Shown here: in pieces, positions 14,789 to 23,162 of the stretch
How the letters are laid out: each line of letters begins with the position of its first letter
How positions within the stretch are numbered: the stretch's first letter is position 1
Source of the DNA: Candidatus Nanosynbacter lyticus
GTDB taxonomy: Bacteria; Patescibacteriota; Saccharimonadia; Saccharimonadales; Saccharimonadaceae
DNA length: 32,000 bases
Reading direction: 5' to 3'
NCBI RefSeq assembly: GCF_030253515.1
Contig: NZ_CP124549.1
Span: forward strand, 510,001-542,000
Notes under the pieces: generated by a model
The model's input: only the letters and a program-made list of their open reading frames with translations
What the model was told of the DNA's origin: nothing
The model's database searches: none
Translations under genes and position numbers: made by a program

Positions 14789-15607
14789 TTACAAGCCAAA
14801 AAGTGTTACCGTGTTATCGGTCGCTGCCTTTTCAAGGTCACGAAGCACTAGCTTGCGCTCCGCCGCCCAATACTGTGCCACCAACTCCACATATTCTGGC
14901 TTATTCAGCTTACCACGAAATGGCTTTGGTGTCAAGAACGGCGCGTCGGTTTCTAATAATAACCGCTCCAGCAGTATGGAGGCGAACAATTCTCGCTGCG
15001 TTTGGTCTTTAGTGAACGTGCTAATGCCATTCAAACCAACGTAGAGTCCGCGGGCAAACCCCTTCTCCAAATTGAGGCGCGTATCAGTAAAACTGTGCAG
15101 CACGCCGCGCAGGCCATGAAAATTATCAAAAATTGGCCAAAAATCATCCCACACCGACGGCTGGTCAGGCGCACCATCACGAACATGAAAACTAACCGGC
15201 AGGCTATAATCCACAGCCAACTGCAGCTGCGCCTCCAGTGCCTGAATCTGCACATCGCGCGGGCTGTGATTGTAATAATAATCAAGGCCAATCTCGCCAA
15301 TCGCTACAATTGGTGAATTCTCCGTCTTGGCTTTCAGTAGCCGCTCAACGTCGCCCCAGCCATCTTTACTGTCATGCGGATGAACGCCAACTGCCGCCCA
15401 AGTATAGTCGTGATTCGCAGCAAATTCCACTGCCTGTTGGCTGCTGCGCTCGTCAGTGCCAACACAAATCATGCCAATGCCCGCTGCGATTGACTGCTGG
15501 TATAGCTCCTCGCGATTGTCATTGAAAAACTCGGTGTCATGCAGATGACAGTGCGAATCGATCAAGCGTAAATCTATTGCCGCATTATTGTTTGTCGCCG
15601 GAGTCAT
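14789..15607 (-). CDS. tatD: TatD-family metal-dependent hydrolase/DNase
   Basis: IDSHCHLHD metal-binding start, ...EIGLDYYY..., LHSF, ETDAPFL. It follows metG with a 2-nt gap, which is the conserved metG-tatD pairing. Confidence 0.9.
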   Translation of the reverse strand: MTPATNNNAAIDLRLIDSHCHLHDTEFFNDNREELYQQSIAAGIGMICVGTDERSSQQAVEFAANHDYTWAAVGVHPHDSKDGWGDVERLLKAKTENSPIVAIGEIGLDYYYNHSPRDVQIQALEAQLQLAVDYSLPVSFHVRDGAPDQPSVWDDFWPIFDNFHGLRGVLHSFTDTRLNLEKGFARGLYVGLNGISTFTKDQTQRELFASILLERLLLETDAPFLTPKPFRGKLNKPEYVELVAQYWAAERKLVLRDLEKAATDNTVTLFGL

Positions 15608-15609
15608 GA

Positions 15610-17121
15610 CTATTTTCCTTGGGTTTCTACTTTTGGCGCGCGCGGATCGGCTGTGTGCAGGTATTTACGCGGAAACAGTGGGGTCAGCCGCGATGGCACA
15701 ACGCCGCTGGCGAACATGTCGTGAATTTTCTCGGCAGTTTGCGGCATAAATGGGCGCAGCATGTCAGACACTTGCAGCAACGTACCACAAGCATACGCCA
15801 AAATCTCGCCCAAATGTGCTTCCGCTTCTGGGTCCTTAGCGCGCTTTTTGGCAACCTGCCACGGCTGGACACGCTCAATGTACTGATTTAGCGCACGGAT
15901 AATTTGCCAAATTTCATCCATGGCTTGGTTGAAAGCAAAGCTCTCCATGAAGTGGCGGTATGGGCCCATGTCGTGTTCGGCCTGCGGCGCATCGCCGATG
16001 ACGCCTGCCTGATACGACTGCACCATCTTGGCCACCCGCTGCACCAAATTACCGAGATCATTACCCAATTCGCCGTTATAGGCCGCTTCAAATTTCTCCC
16101 ACGTAAAGTCGCCGTCATCCTGAGTTGGCACGTGACGCAGGAAATAATAGCGAAAGGCTTCAACGCCATAGTGCGGGATGATATCAGCTGGACCGACACC
16201 ATTACCGAGGCTCTTACTCATCTTGGCGCCGCCAACGTTGATAAATCCATGTACCAACAGCACTTTCGGCAGTGGTAAATCCAGCGCCATTAACATCGCC
16301 GGCCAAATCCCAGCGTGGAAGCGAAGGATATCCTTGCCAATCACCTGCACATTTGCTGGCCAAAACGCCTGCCATTCCTCTGGGCGATCAGGATAGCCGA
16401 TAACTGTGATGTAATTACTCAGCGCATCCAACCAAACGTACATCACCTGCGTATCATCGCCCGGCACTGGCACACCCCAGCTCAAATTCTTTCGCGGGCG
16501 CGAAATTGACACGTCTTTCAGGCCATCTTTCATCAATTCCAAAAACTCTTTTTTACGAAATTCTGGCACAATTTTCATTTTGCCCGACTCAATGGACTGG
16601 CGAATGTTCTCCGAAAATGCACTGGTCTTAAAATAATAATTTTCCTCACTCAACCGCTGATATGGTGACTGATGATCAGGACAAATGCCATTATTTTCAG
16701 CTGCTTCCTTGTCGGTGACGAATGCCTCACAACCTTGGCAGTACCAGCCCTCGTATGTGCTTTTGTAGATGTAGCCAGCCGCAGCAAGTTTTCGCCAAAT
16801 GTATTGCACCGCGCCAACATGATGCGGATCAGTCGTGCGGATAAAATCCGTCGCTGAAATATTCAGCTCAGCGATCATGTTTTGGAAATTGCCGTGCATT
16901 TGGTCAACATAGGCCTGCGGTGTTTGGTTTTGACTGGCAGCTTTGGCAGCAATTTTATTGCCGTGTTCATCCACGCCCGTCTGGAAACGCACCTCGCGGC
17001 CATTTTGTCGCTGATACCGCGCCCACACGTCCGCCAACATGTAGTCCATGGCGTGCCCAATGTGTGGCAAACCGTTGACATAAGGAATAGCAGTAGTGAT
17101 GTAGGCGTGTTGTTTAGTCAT
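15610..17121 (-). CDS. metG: Methionine--tRNA ligase
   Basis: YITTAIPYVNGLPHIGHA (HIGH motif), KMSKSLGN, and the CQGCEAF...CPDH zinc knuckle. ATG 17121 was chosen because TGATACAAT lies 7 nt upstream. Alternatives are ATG 17130 and GTG 17157. Confidence 0.9.
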   Translation of the reverse strand: MTKQHAYITTAIPYVNGLPHIGHAMDYMLADVWARYQRQNGREVRFQTGVDEHGNKIAAKAASQNQTPQAYVDQMHGNFQNMIAELNISATDFIRTTDPHHVGAVQYIWRKLAAAGYIYKSTYEGWYCQGCEAFVTDKEAAENNGICPDHQSPYQRLSEENYYFKTSAFSENIRQSIESGKMKIVPEFRKKEFLELMKDGLKDVSISRPRKNLSWGVPVPGDDTQVMYVWLDALSNYITVIGYPDRPEEWQAFWPANVQVIGKDILRFHAGIWPAMLMALDLPLPKVLLVHGFINVGGAKMSKSLGNGVGPADIIPHYGVEAFRYYFLRHVPTQDDGDFTWEKFEAAYNGELGNDLGNLVQRVAKMVQSYQAGVIGDAPQAEHDMGPYRHFMESFAFNQAMDEIWQIIRALNQYIERVQPWQVAKKRAKDPEAEAHLGEILAYACGTLLQVSDMLRPFMPQTAEKIHDMFASGVVPSRLTPLFPRKYLHTADPRAPKVETQGK

Positions 17122-17128
17122 GCTACTC

Positions 17129-17137
17129 ATTGTATCA
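17129..17137 (-). promoter_or_regulatory. Extended -10 promoter of metG (leaderless geometry)
   Basis: The minus strand reads TGATACAAT, then 7 nt (gagtagc), then ATG 17121. Confidence 0.5.
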
Positions 17138-17178
17138 TTATCTGGAACAATTTTCACCGATATGCGTTCGCCGAGGGC

Positions 17179-17919
17179 TCATCCACGCATCATTGCTACC
17201 ACTGCAATTCGCCCCGCCGTATCGCCCGATGAGTGCGAAAAATAATTTGGATTGTCCGCCGTATCAATTGGCGAAATGAAAATGTTATCGCCAGGCACGC
17301 CAGCCTGGATGGCTAGCGAACGATTAAAACCTTGCATGTCCAGATAAATCCCGTCAGCTGTTTGACGGCAGAAATTTTGCCAATTCGTATCATTTGTATG
17401 ATCAAAATAATCCATACAATAATTTTTCTGCGTGATGCTTGGCGACATCCAAATTTGTAAATCTTTTGCCTGGCTGTCGCGCCTGGCAAAATACTGAATT
17501 GCCCTTGTCATCAACTGCGCAACCGTCGAATGCCGACCCAAATGCACCAACATCAGCGCCCGACGCTTTGGATCATAAATGACGGTGGCGATACAGTCCG
17601 CCACTGGCAAGAATAAACCGACACCAACCGCTTCGGTATAGAGCGCATCAGTAAAAATCCCCTCACTGTTATGTCGAGTCGTGTCAGCTTCAGTAACATC
17701 AGCAATGGTATCAAACGTTTGTCCTTGGTCATATGAAATCACGTGATAGACAACGTCGTCGTAATTAATGCCAATTTGATCGCAAAACCGCCGCCGATTA
17801 TTCACTATCTCAGCTACGTGGCGACCGCGAATACGGTTGAGCATAGTGCCATCATCTTTCGACGAAACCGCGACCAACAGGTCAGAAGGAAAACAAGTAG
17901 GCTGATCTGCCGCAATCAT
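17179..17919 (-). CDS. pgeF: YfiH/PgeF family (DUF152) polyphenol-oxidase-like / peptidoglycan editing factor
   Basis: PVADCIATVIYDP...LMLVHLGRHS...FSHSSGDTAGRIAVV matches the DUF152 Cys/His pattern. ATG 17919 forms TAATG with the rsmA stop. The ORF-track GTG at 17931 is an alternative. Confidence 0.8.
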   Translation of the reverse strand: MIAADQPTCFPSDLLVAVSSKDDGTMLNRIRGRHVAEIVNNRRRFCDQIGINYDDVVYHVISYDQGQTFDTIADVTEADTTRHNSEGIFTDALYTEAVGVGLFLPVADCIATVIYDPKRRALMLVHLGRHSTVAQLMTRAIQYFARRDSQAKDLQIWMSPSITQKNYCMDYFDHTNDTNWQNFCRQTADGIYLDMQGFNRSLAIQAGVPGDNIFISPIDTADNPNYFSHSSGDTAGRIAVVAMMRG

Positions 17920-18704
17920 TATGCCCGCCACTCTTTCAGTAGCCGCTGCCAGTCCGCAATCGCTAAATCTTCGGCACGAGCATCAGGTGAAATGTTAGCC
18001 TTTTTTAGTAACTGCTCGGCGCTAGCTTTACTGACGCCCAGTCCGCCGCTCAGACTAGAACGCAATTTTTTACGCTTAGCCGAAAAACCAGCTTTGACGA
18101 CACGGAAAAAATCTTTTTGGTCTTCAGCGGCAACTAGCGGTTCATCGCGAGTCTTAAGTACTACTACCTGTGAATCAACTTTTGGCGGCGGCGTGAAAAA
18201 TTGCCGCGGTACTTCAATATCGAGTTCTGCCTCAGCAAATAGCTGCGCGCTAACCGCCAAAATACTCATTTCACCAGGCTCCGCCGCGATACGCTCAGCG
18301 ACTTCTTTTTGTACCAGTAGCACCGCCAAACGTGGTTTATTTTCCGCCGTCATCAACTTTTCAACAATTTTACTGGTGATATAGTATGGCACATTGGCAA
18401 CTACTTTATAGCCCTTCGGCAGCTGATTCAAATCAAACTGCAAAATATCTTCATTGATTACTTCCAGGTTTTTACCAGGAAACTGCCCCGGCAATTTGCG
18501 CGCCAAATCCACGTCAAATTCTACCGCCACCACGCGCCCGGCTCGCGCCAACAACCGGCTGGTCAACGTACCAAGCCCCGGCCCAATTTCCAACACCACA
18601 TCACTCTTGCCAAGTTCCGCCGCCTCGGCGATCTCCGCCAAAATCTCCGGGTCACGCAGCCAATGCTGACCTAATTCTTTTTTCGGCCCACGAGTTGACG
18701 CCAT
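17919..18704 (-). CDS. rsmA: 16S rRNA (adenine1518/1519-N6)-dimethyltransferase RsmA/KsgA
   Basis: LGQHWLRDPEIL, SAM motif VLEIGPGLGTLT, NVPYYITS. The start abuts the upstream stop (18704/18705). Confidence 0.92.
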   Translation of the reverse strand: MASTRGPKKELGQHWLRDPEILAEIAEAAELGKSDVVLEIGPGLGTLTSRLLARAGRVVAVEFDVDLARKLPGQFPGKNLEVINEDILQFDLNQLPKGYKVVANVPYYITSKIVEKLMTAENKPRLAVLLVQKEVAERIAAEPGEMSILAVSAQLFAEAELDIEVPRQFFTPPPKVDSQVVVLKTRDEPLVAAEDQKDFFRVVKAGFSAKRKKLRSSLSGGLGVSKASAEQLLKKANISPDARAEDLAIADWQRLLKEWRA

Positions 18705-19766
18705 CTAGCGACCATCTCCGTTTGTCCAATCAGTCGCCAGGTCAAATCCATGTGGATGCCGAGCCGCAAAACCGCCAGTATCATACACTTTGCCAGGCCC
18801 CATGCTGGTTTCCACCACCGAACAGCGCGGATAGTTACCATAATTTGCCGCTACTAAAATATAGCCATCTTTATCCACCTTGGCACCGTCCGCCCGTACT
18901 GTGTAGCCACCGCCGCCGCACGCATTAATGACAACATTCATCGGCAGGTCATAGTAAGTTTCGCGGTGCGCCACGCCGCGTGAATCAGTAAAGATATGCG
19001 CACCCTTTGACTTCGTCAGTGGATTTTTGGGCTTGGTGCCGATCACTTCGATTTGCTTTTTGGGCTGTTTGCTGATACGGCTACTTATTTCCTTACGACT
19101 GATCTCAACACCGCGCTCTGCCTGGACCTGGTAGGTCACGGTACGAATACCCTTTTCGCCCAGCTGCTTAATTTCCTTGAAACCAATCGGTTGATTCGCA
19201 TCCTTGATCTGCTCCACAGGAAAGTCAATGTCAACCTCCTCGGTCACTGTTCGCAGCGGCGCGCGGGTAATGTTCATCAGCACGTTTGTCCCATCCAGCA
19301 ACATATTATCGCTCGTCATAAATTCAACCCTATCCTCGACATATAGCGTGATTCCCGCCGCTTTGGCGATTCGCTGCGGCGTCTGCTCCGCTGTGGTAAT
19401 ATGTGAGCGCCGCGAACCATCAATGACCATTACCGGCCGAGCCCGAAAAATTGTCACCGTAAATGTTGTTCCTGTCAGCTCCATATCAATGTCTGGCTTA
19501 ACAACGTCACGCCGCTCATCAACCGTTACCCGCGCCAGCTGCAATGCTTGGCGTACCGTACGCGCTCTGGTCATGATCGTCTGTTCGTGGCCACGGTCAC
19601 GAATCGTTACCAGCCGCTCCGCTGACGACTGGGCATGGTTATCTTGTGCCTGGACAGACTGCGATACCAGCAAGCCAACCGCACCGGCCACGAAAGCCAT
19701 GAAGCAGCCCAGCAGAACAACCGGCCGCCAGCCTTTCTCTATGTGCCATTTCCACCATTTCATCAT
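18705..19766 (-). CDS. YabE-type cell-wall protein: TM + 2x DUF348 + G5 + 3D (DPBB) domain
   Basis: N-terminal TM VVLLGCFMAFVAGAVGLLV. DUF348-like units are VTIRDRGHEQTIMTRARTVRQAL... and VMVIDGSRRSHITTAEQTPQRIA... G5: FPVEQIKDANQPIGFKEIKQLGEKGIRTVTYQV...IEVIGTKPK. The C-terminus ...VYDTGGFAARHPHGFDLATDW resembles the 3D domain. Confidence 0.75.
   Translation of the reverse strand: MMKWWKWHIEKGWRPVVLLGCFMAFVAGAVGLLVSQSVQAQDNHAQSSAERLVTIRDRGHEQTIMTRARTVRQALQLARVTVDERRDVVKPDIDMELTGTTFTVTIFRARPVMVIDGSRRSHITTAEQTPQRIAKAAGITLYVEDRVEFMTSDNMLLDGTNVLMNITRAPLRTVTEEVDIDFPVEQIKDANQPIGFKEIKQLGEKGIRTVTYQVQAERGVEISRKEISSRISKQPKKQIEVIGTKPKNPLTKSKGAHIFTDSRGVAHRETYYDLPMNVVINACGGGGYTVRADGAKVDKDGYILVAANYGNYPRCSVVETSMGPGKVYDTGGFAARHPHGFDLATDWTNGDGR
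19340..19590. repeat. Paralogous segment A (DUF348 region) shared by the tandem G5 genes
   Basis: Aligns at a constant +1260 offset to 20600-20850. Identical 22-mer TTACCGGCCGAGCCCGAAAAAT at 19430-19451 = 20690-20711, and identical 14-mer CCCGCCGCTTTGGC at 19354-19367 = 20614-20627. Roughly two-thirds identity by eye elsewhere. Confidence 0.8.
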
Positions 19767-19794
19767 TCTGCTCTAGTACCTAATTAACGGACGT

Positions 19795-19803
19795 ATTATA
19801 ACA
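19795..19803 (-). promoter_or_regulatory. Extended -10 promoter between the two G5 paralogs
   Basis: The minus strand reads TGTTATAAT in the AT-rich 54-nt spacer, with a 28-nt leader to ATG 19766. Confidence 0.45.
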
Positions 19804-19820
19804 TATTTATCTAATAATTA

Positions 19821-21020
19821 CTAGTACCACCCTCTGGCCTTGCTGTGCGCCACCGCTTTTTCCCATGAACCATATCGCCCCATGACGTAACCATGCATCC
19901 AATTTAGCGAATCGACTGGGTTGAGCGGATTTCCTGGTACTTTACTACATGGCAACGCTTGTGCGAGACCGCAGGCACCGCTCTGGTTGCGAGCATTGGG
20001 ATTCCAACCGCTCTCTTTCTGCACCAGCCACTCGGCATAACCCCATTGGTCACGCGGGATATTTGACGAAGATAACCATTGATCTTTATTACCACCACCA
20101 GTATACGGCATGGCGGCATTCTTTGTGCCGATGATTTCAACTTGTTTTTTAGGCTGTTTTATTACTTGGCTAGCAATCTCCCGACGGCTCACCTCCTTGC
20201 CATTTTGCACCTCAATCTCATAGGTCACGGTTCGCCGGCCCTTTTCGCCGGCCTCTTTCACCTCCTTGTGACCCGTCTCGCGATTGGCATCCCGCACTGT
20301 CTCGACCGGAAAAGCGACATCTTCATCAGTGGTAATTGTCTGCTTACCGTTACGCCAAACATCCAGCCGCATACCACTGGTAATCGGCGCCTCGAGCGGC
20401 AGTGATACGGTGTCGTTGCTGGCCAGCTGGACACGCTTTTCCTTGAGTAGCGCGCCGACGGTTTTCGCGTGGGTGCGTACTTCAGCCAGTGACCCGTAGA
20501 GATTGAGCTGCAGTGGCGTGGCCCGCTTGATGGTCAAGACTGCATTCGTGCCGCTAGCAACCACGTTTTCGGCGGCATGAATATCGACGATGTCCTCGCT
20601 ATAGAGTTTGATCCCCGCCGCTTTGGCAATCGCCGCCGGGGTTTGCTCCGCCGTAGTTAGCCGAATACGCGCCTGGCCATCGACTACCGTTACCGGCCGA
20701 GCCCGAAAAATATTAACGTTATATGAACTAGCGACCAGCTCTTCATTAAGTGCCGGCTCTACTACATCTCGCCGCTCGTCAACCTCAATCCGCGCCGCCT
20801 TCAGTGCCTCGCGCACCGTTTTTGCCCGAGTGATAATCGTTTTCTCGACTCCCTTATCATAGACACTCATCAGACGCTGGCCGTCGCTCCGTGATGGACG
20901 CTCGGTACCCTGCGCCAGTGCAGCATCCGCCAGCTGGATCAATGTCACTCCAAGCACCAGCAAACCGATCAATAGAAAAATCTTCTTTGAGTGGTAGCGA
21001 ATAGATAAACTCTTTTCCAT
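19821..21020 (-). CDS. RpfB-architecture cell-wall protein: TM + 3x DUF348 + G5 + lysozyme-like (GH23/SLT-type) domain
   Basis: TM IFLLIGLLVLGVTLI and three DUF348-like units. G5: FPVETVRDANRETGHKEVKEAGEKGRRTVTYEI...VEIIGTK. The C-terminus WLVQKESGWNPNARNQSGACGLAQ fits the SLT motif ES..NP.A.S..GA.GL.Q. The start is ATG 21020, with GTG 21044 as an alternative. Confidence 0.75.
   Translation of the reverse strand: MEKSLSIRYHSKKIFLLIGLLVLGVTLIQLADAALAQGTERPSRSDGQRLMSVYDKGVEKTIITRAKTVREALKAARIEVDERRDVVEPALNEELVASSYNVNIFRARPVTVVDGQARIRLTTAEQTPAAIAKAAGIKLYSEDIVDIHAAENVVASGTNAVLTIKRATPLQLNLYGSLAEVRTHAKTVGALLKEKRVQLASNDTVSLPLEAPITSGMRLDVWRNGKQTITTDEDVAFPVETVRDANRETGHKEVKEAGEKGRRTVTYEIEVQNGKEVSRREIASQVIKQPKKQVEIIGTKNAAMPYTGGGNKDQWLSSSNIPRDQWGYAEWLVQKESGWNPNARNQSGACGLAQALPCSKVPGNPLNPVDSLNWMHGYVMGRYGSWEKAVAHSKARGWY
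20600..20850. repeat. Paralogous segment B (DUF348 region) shared by the tandem G5 genes
   Basis: Partner of 19340-19590; see that entry. Confidence 0.8.
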
Positions 21021-21056
21021 AATCTCGCTCGTGGACAATACCACAAACTGCTATGC

Positions 21057-21065
21057 ATTATATCA
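21057..21065 (-). promoter_or_regulatory. Candidate extended -10 promoter for the G5 gene pair, straddling the pcrA stop codon
   Basis: The minus strand reads TGATATAAT, 12 nt before GTG 21044 and 36 nt before ATG 21020. Confidence 0.4.
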
Positions 21066-23162
21066 AATTTTCTCTAATCTGGCGAATTCTACATTAAGCT
21101 TTTTCGTATTACCATCAGCAAATTGCACCGTCACCGCCATCCCGTCAACATCCACCACCTCACCCGCACCAAATTGTGGGCTTCGCACCCGCTCACCAAC
21201 CTCGAGACCTATGTCATCAGTATAAAACACATCACCAGCTGGCGGCGCGGCAGGTACATCCAGACCGCCGCTCATCAGCCCCATCTCATCGAGAAATCGC
21301 GACGGCAGATTATAGCCGATCTGACCGAACTGTGTCCGTGAACTAGCACAAGTCACAAACAGCGCCTCTCGGGCCCGCGTAATCCCCACATAACAGAGGC
21401 GGCGCTCCTCCTCAACGTCATCCGCTTTACCGCTGTCAAATACCCGTGCGTGCGGCAAGATTCCTTCCTCCAAGCCAGTCATAAACACCACCGGAAACTC
21501 CAGACCCTTCGCAGCGTGTAGCGTCATCAAGGTGACCTGCTGGTCTGCTTGGCTATCACTTGATGACATCAGCGCCATGTCTTCGAGGAATGTCGATACA
21601 TCAGCATAGGCGCGCGCCTCAGCCACCAAAACACCGAGGTTCTCCAGCCGCTCTTCGGCCTGCACACTGCCGTCATTCACTGCCTCGCCGTAGCCGGTCT
21701 GCTCAATAATTTGTTCAATCACCTCAGCCGGCGCACTGTCAAGTAATTGTTGTAATTTTTGCAGCAATTGACCAAACGCCCGCAGTGGCTGCTTGGCGCG
21801 AGCGCTCAACCCCGAGGCCTCATCAACCGCCACCAGCCCCTCAATAATATTCCGGCCCGACTGATCATTCCAGTCGAGAAATTTCGCCACACTCACCGCG
21901 CCGATGCCACGCTTTGGCAGGTTAACGATCCGCGCGAAGCTAACGCGGTCACTGGGTTGATATAGCAACCTGAGATAAGCCAGCACATCCTTGACGACTG
22001 CTCGATCCAGAAACCGCAGACCACCCACAATCTTGTAGGGGATGTGCCGTTGACGCAGTGCGCGCTCTATGGCGTAGCTCTGGGCGTTGGTGCGGTACAG
22101 TACCGCTATGTCGCTATAGGCTCGGCCCATCCTGGCCTGGCGATGAATTTCGTCAGCCACTGCCTGTGCCTCCTCGGCCTCGCTGTACAGTCGCCATAAT
22201 TGCGGTGTCATCCCGCCAACTGCTTCTGTCCACAGGCTCTTGTCGGTGCGCTGGGTGTTATGTTGGATTAAGTTATTTGCCACCGTTAAAATCGCGCCCG
22301 TTGAACGGTAATTTTGCTCTAGTTTAATCACTGCCGCGCCCGGAAAGTCACGCTCAAAATGAAGAATATTGGTATAATCCGCGCCGCGAAAACTATAAAT
22401 TGATTGCGCATCATCACCGACCACACAGAGGTTGTGCTTTGGGCCAACCAGTAACTTGATCAACGCGTACTGCACCACATTGGTATCCTGATACTCATCG
22501 ACGAGAATGTGGCGAAATTGCTGCTGCCATTTGTGGCGGATGTCAGGCGAGGAGCGCAGTAGCTCCACCGCCTTAAGCAATAAATCATCAAAATCGAGCG
22601 CCCCAGCCCGGTGCATAGCGGCCTCGTACGCAGCAAATAATTCGGCCATTTGCTGTTTGACGGGGCCAACCGCCTGCAGCATATACTCATCGGGTGAAAG
22701 CATGTCATTTTTTGCCGCAGAAATTGCCGCAGCGATGTGGCGCGGCTTGATGTCGTGATCCGTCAGCCCACGCGATCTCATCAACTGCTTGATCAGACCC
22801 AGCCGATCATCTTCATCATAAATAATAAAATTACGGTTAAGGCCAATTGACATCCCGTCTATCCTCAGTAGCCGCACACACATACTATGAAATGTCCCCA
22901 TCCACGGCATGAAGCGTCGATCCGAGGCGTCTTCGCCCAGCATATCAGCCAAGCGCTGACGCATCTCTCGAGCAGCCTTGTTGGTGAAGGTCACCGCTAA
23001 GATGCGGCTGGGAAAAATCCCTCGCTGGCTAATCAGATAGGCGATGCGATGCGTTAAGGTTTTTGTCTTACCACTCCCCGCTCCCGCTAAAATAAGCAGC
23101 GGCCCGCCATCATGCTGGACGGCTCGCCGCTGTTCGGGGTTGAGTTCAGATAGGATGTCCAT
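21063..23162 (-). CDS. pcrA: ATP-dependent DNA helicase PcrA/UvrD (SF1)
   Basis: LNPEQRRAV, Walker A AGAGSGKTKTLTHR, VDEYQDTN, YRS..., TLHAAKGLEFPVVF, RRLCYVGITRA. The start ATG 23162 overlaps the upstream stop as TAATG. Confidence 0.93.
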   Translation of the reverse strand: MDILSELNPEQRRAVQHDGGPLLILAGAGSGKTKTLTHRIAYLISQRGIFPSRILAVTFTNKAAREMRQRLADMLGEDASDRRFMPWMGTFHSMCVRLLRIDGMSIGLNRNFIIYDEDDRLGLIKQLMRSRGLTDHDIKPRHIAAAISAAKNDMLSPDEYMLQAVGPVKQQMAELFAAYEAAMHRAGALDFDDLLLKAVELLRSSPDIRHKWQQQFRHILVDEYQDTNVVQYALIKLLVGPKHNLCVVGDDAQSIYSFRGADYTNILHFERDFPGAAVIKLEQNYRSTGAILTVANNLIQHNTQRTDKSLWTEAVGGMTPQLWRLYSEAEEAQAVADEIHRQARMGRAYSDIAVLYRTNAQSYAIERALRQRHIPYKIVGGLRFLDRAVVKDVLAYLRLLYQPSDRVSFARIVNLPKRGIGAVSVAKFLDWNDQSGRNIIEGLVAVDEASGLSARAKQPLRAFGQLLQKLQQLLDSAPAEVIEQIIEQTGYGEAVNDGSVQAEERLENLGVLVAEARAYADVSTFLEDMALMSSSDSQADQQVTLMTLHAAKGLEFPVVFMTGLEEGILPHARVFDSGKADDVEEERRLCYVGITRAREALFVTCASSRTQFGQIGYNLPSRFLDEMGLMSGGLDVPAAPPAGDVFYTDDIGLEVGERVRSPQFGAGEVVDVDGMAVTVQFADGNTKKLNVEFARLEKI

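Noticed and set aside
17743-19776. Plus-strand ORFs 17743-18384 (213 aa) and 19204-19776 (190 aa)
   Set aside because: They are antisense to rsmA/pgeF and to the YabE-like gene, both of which have clear family motifs. The translations are low-complexity S/T/A/R strings.
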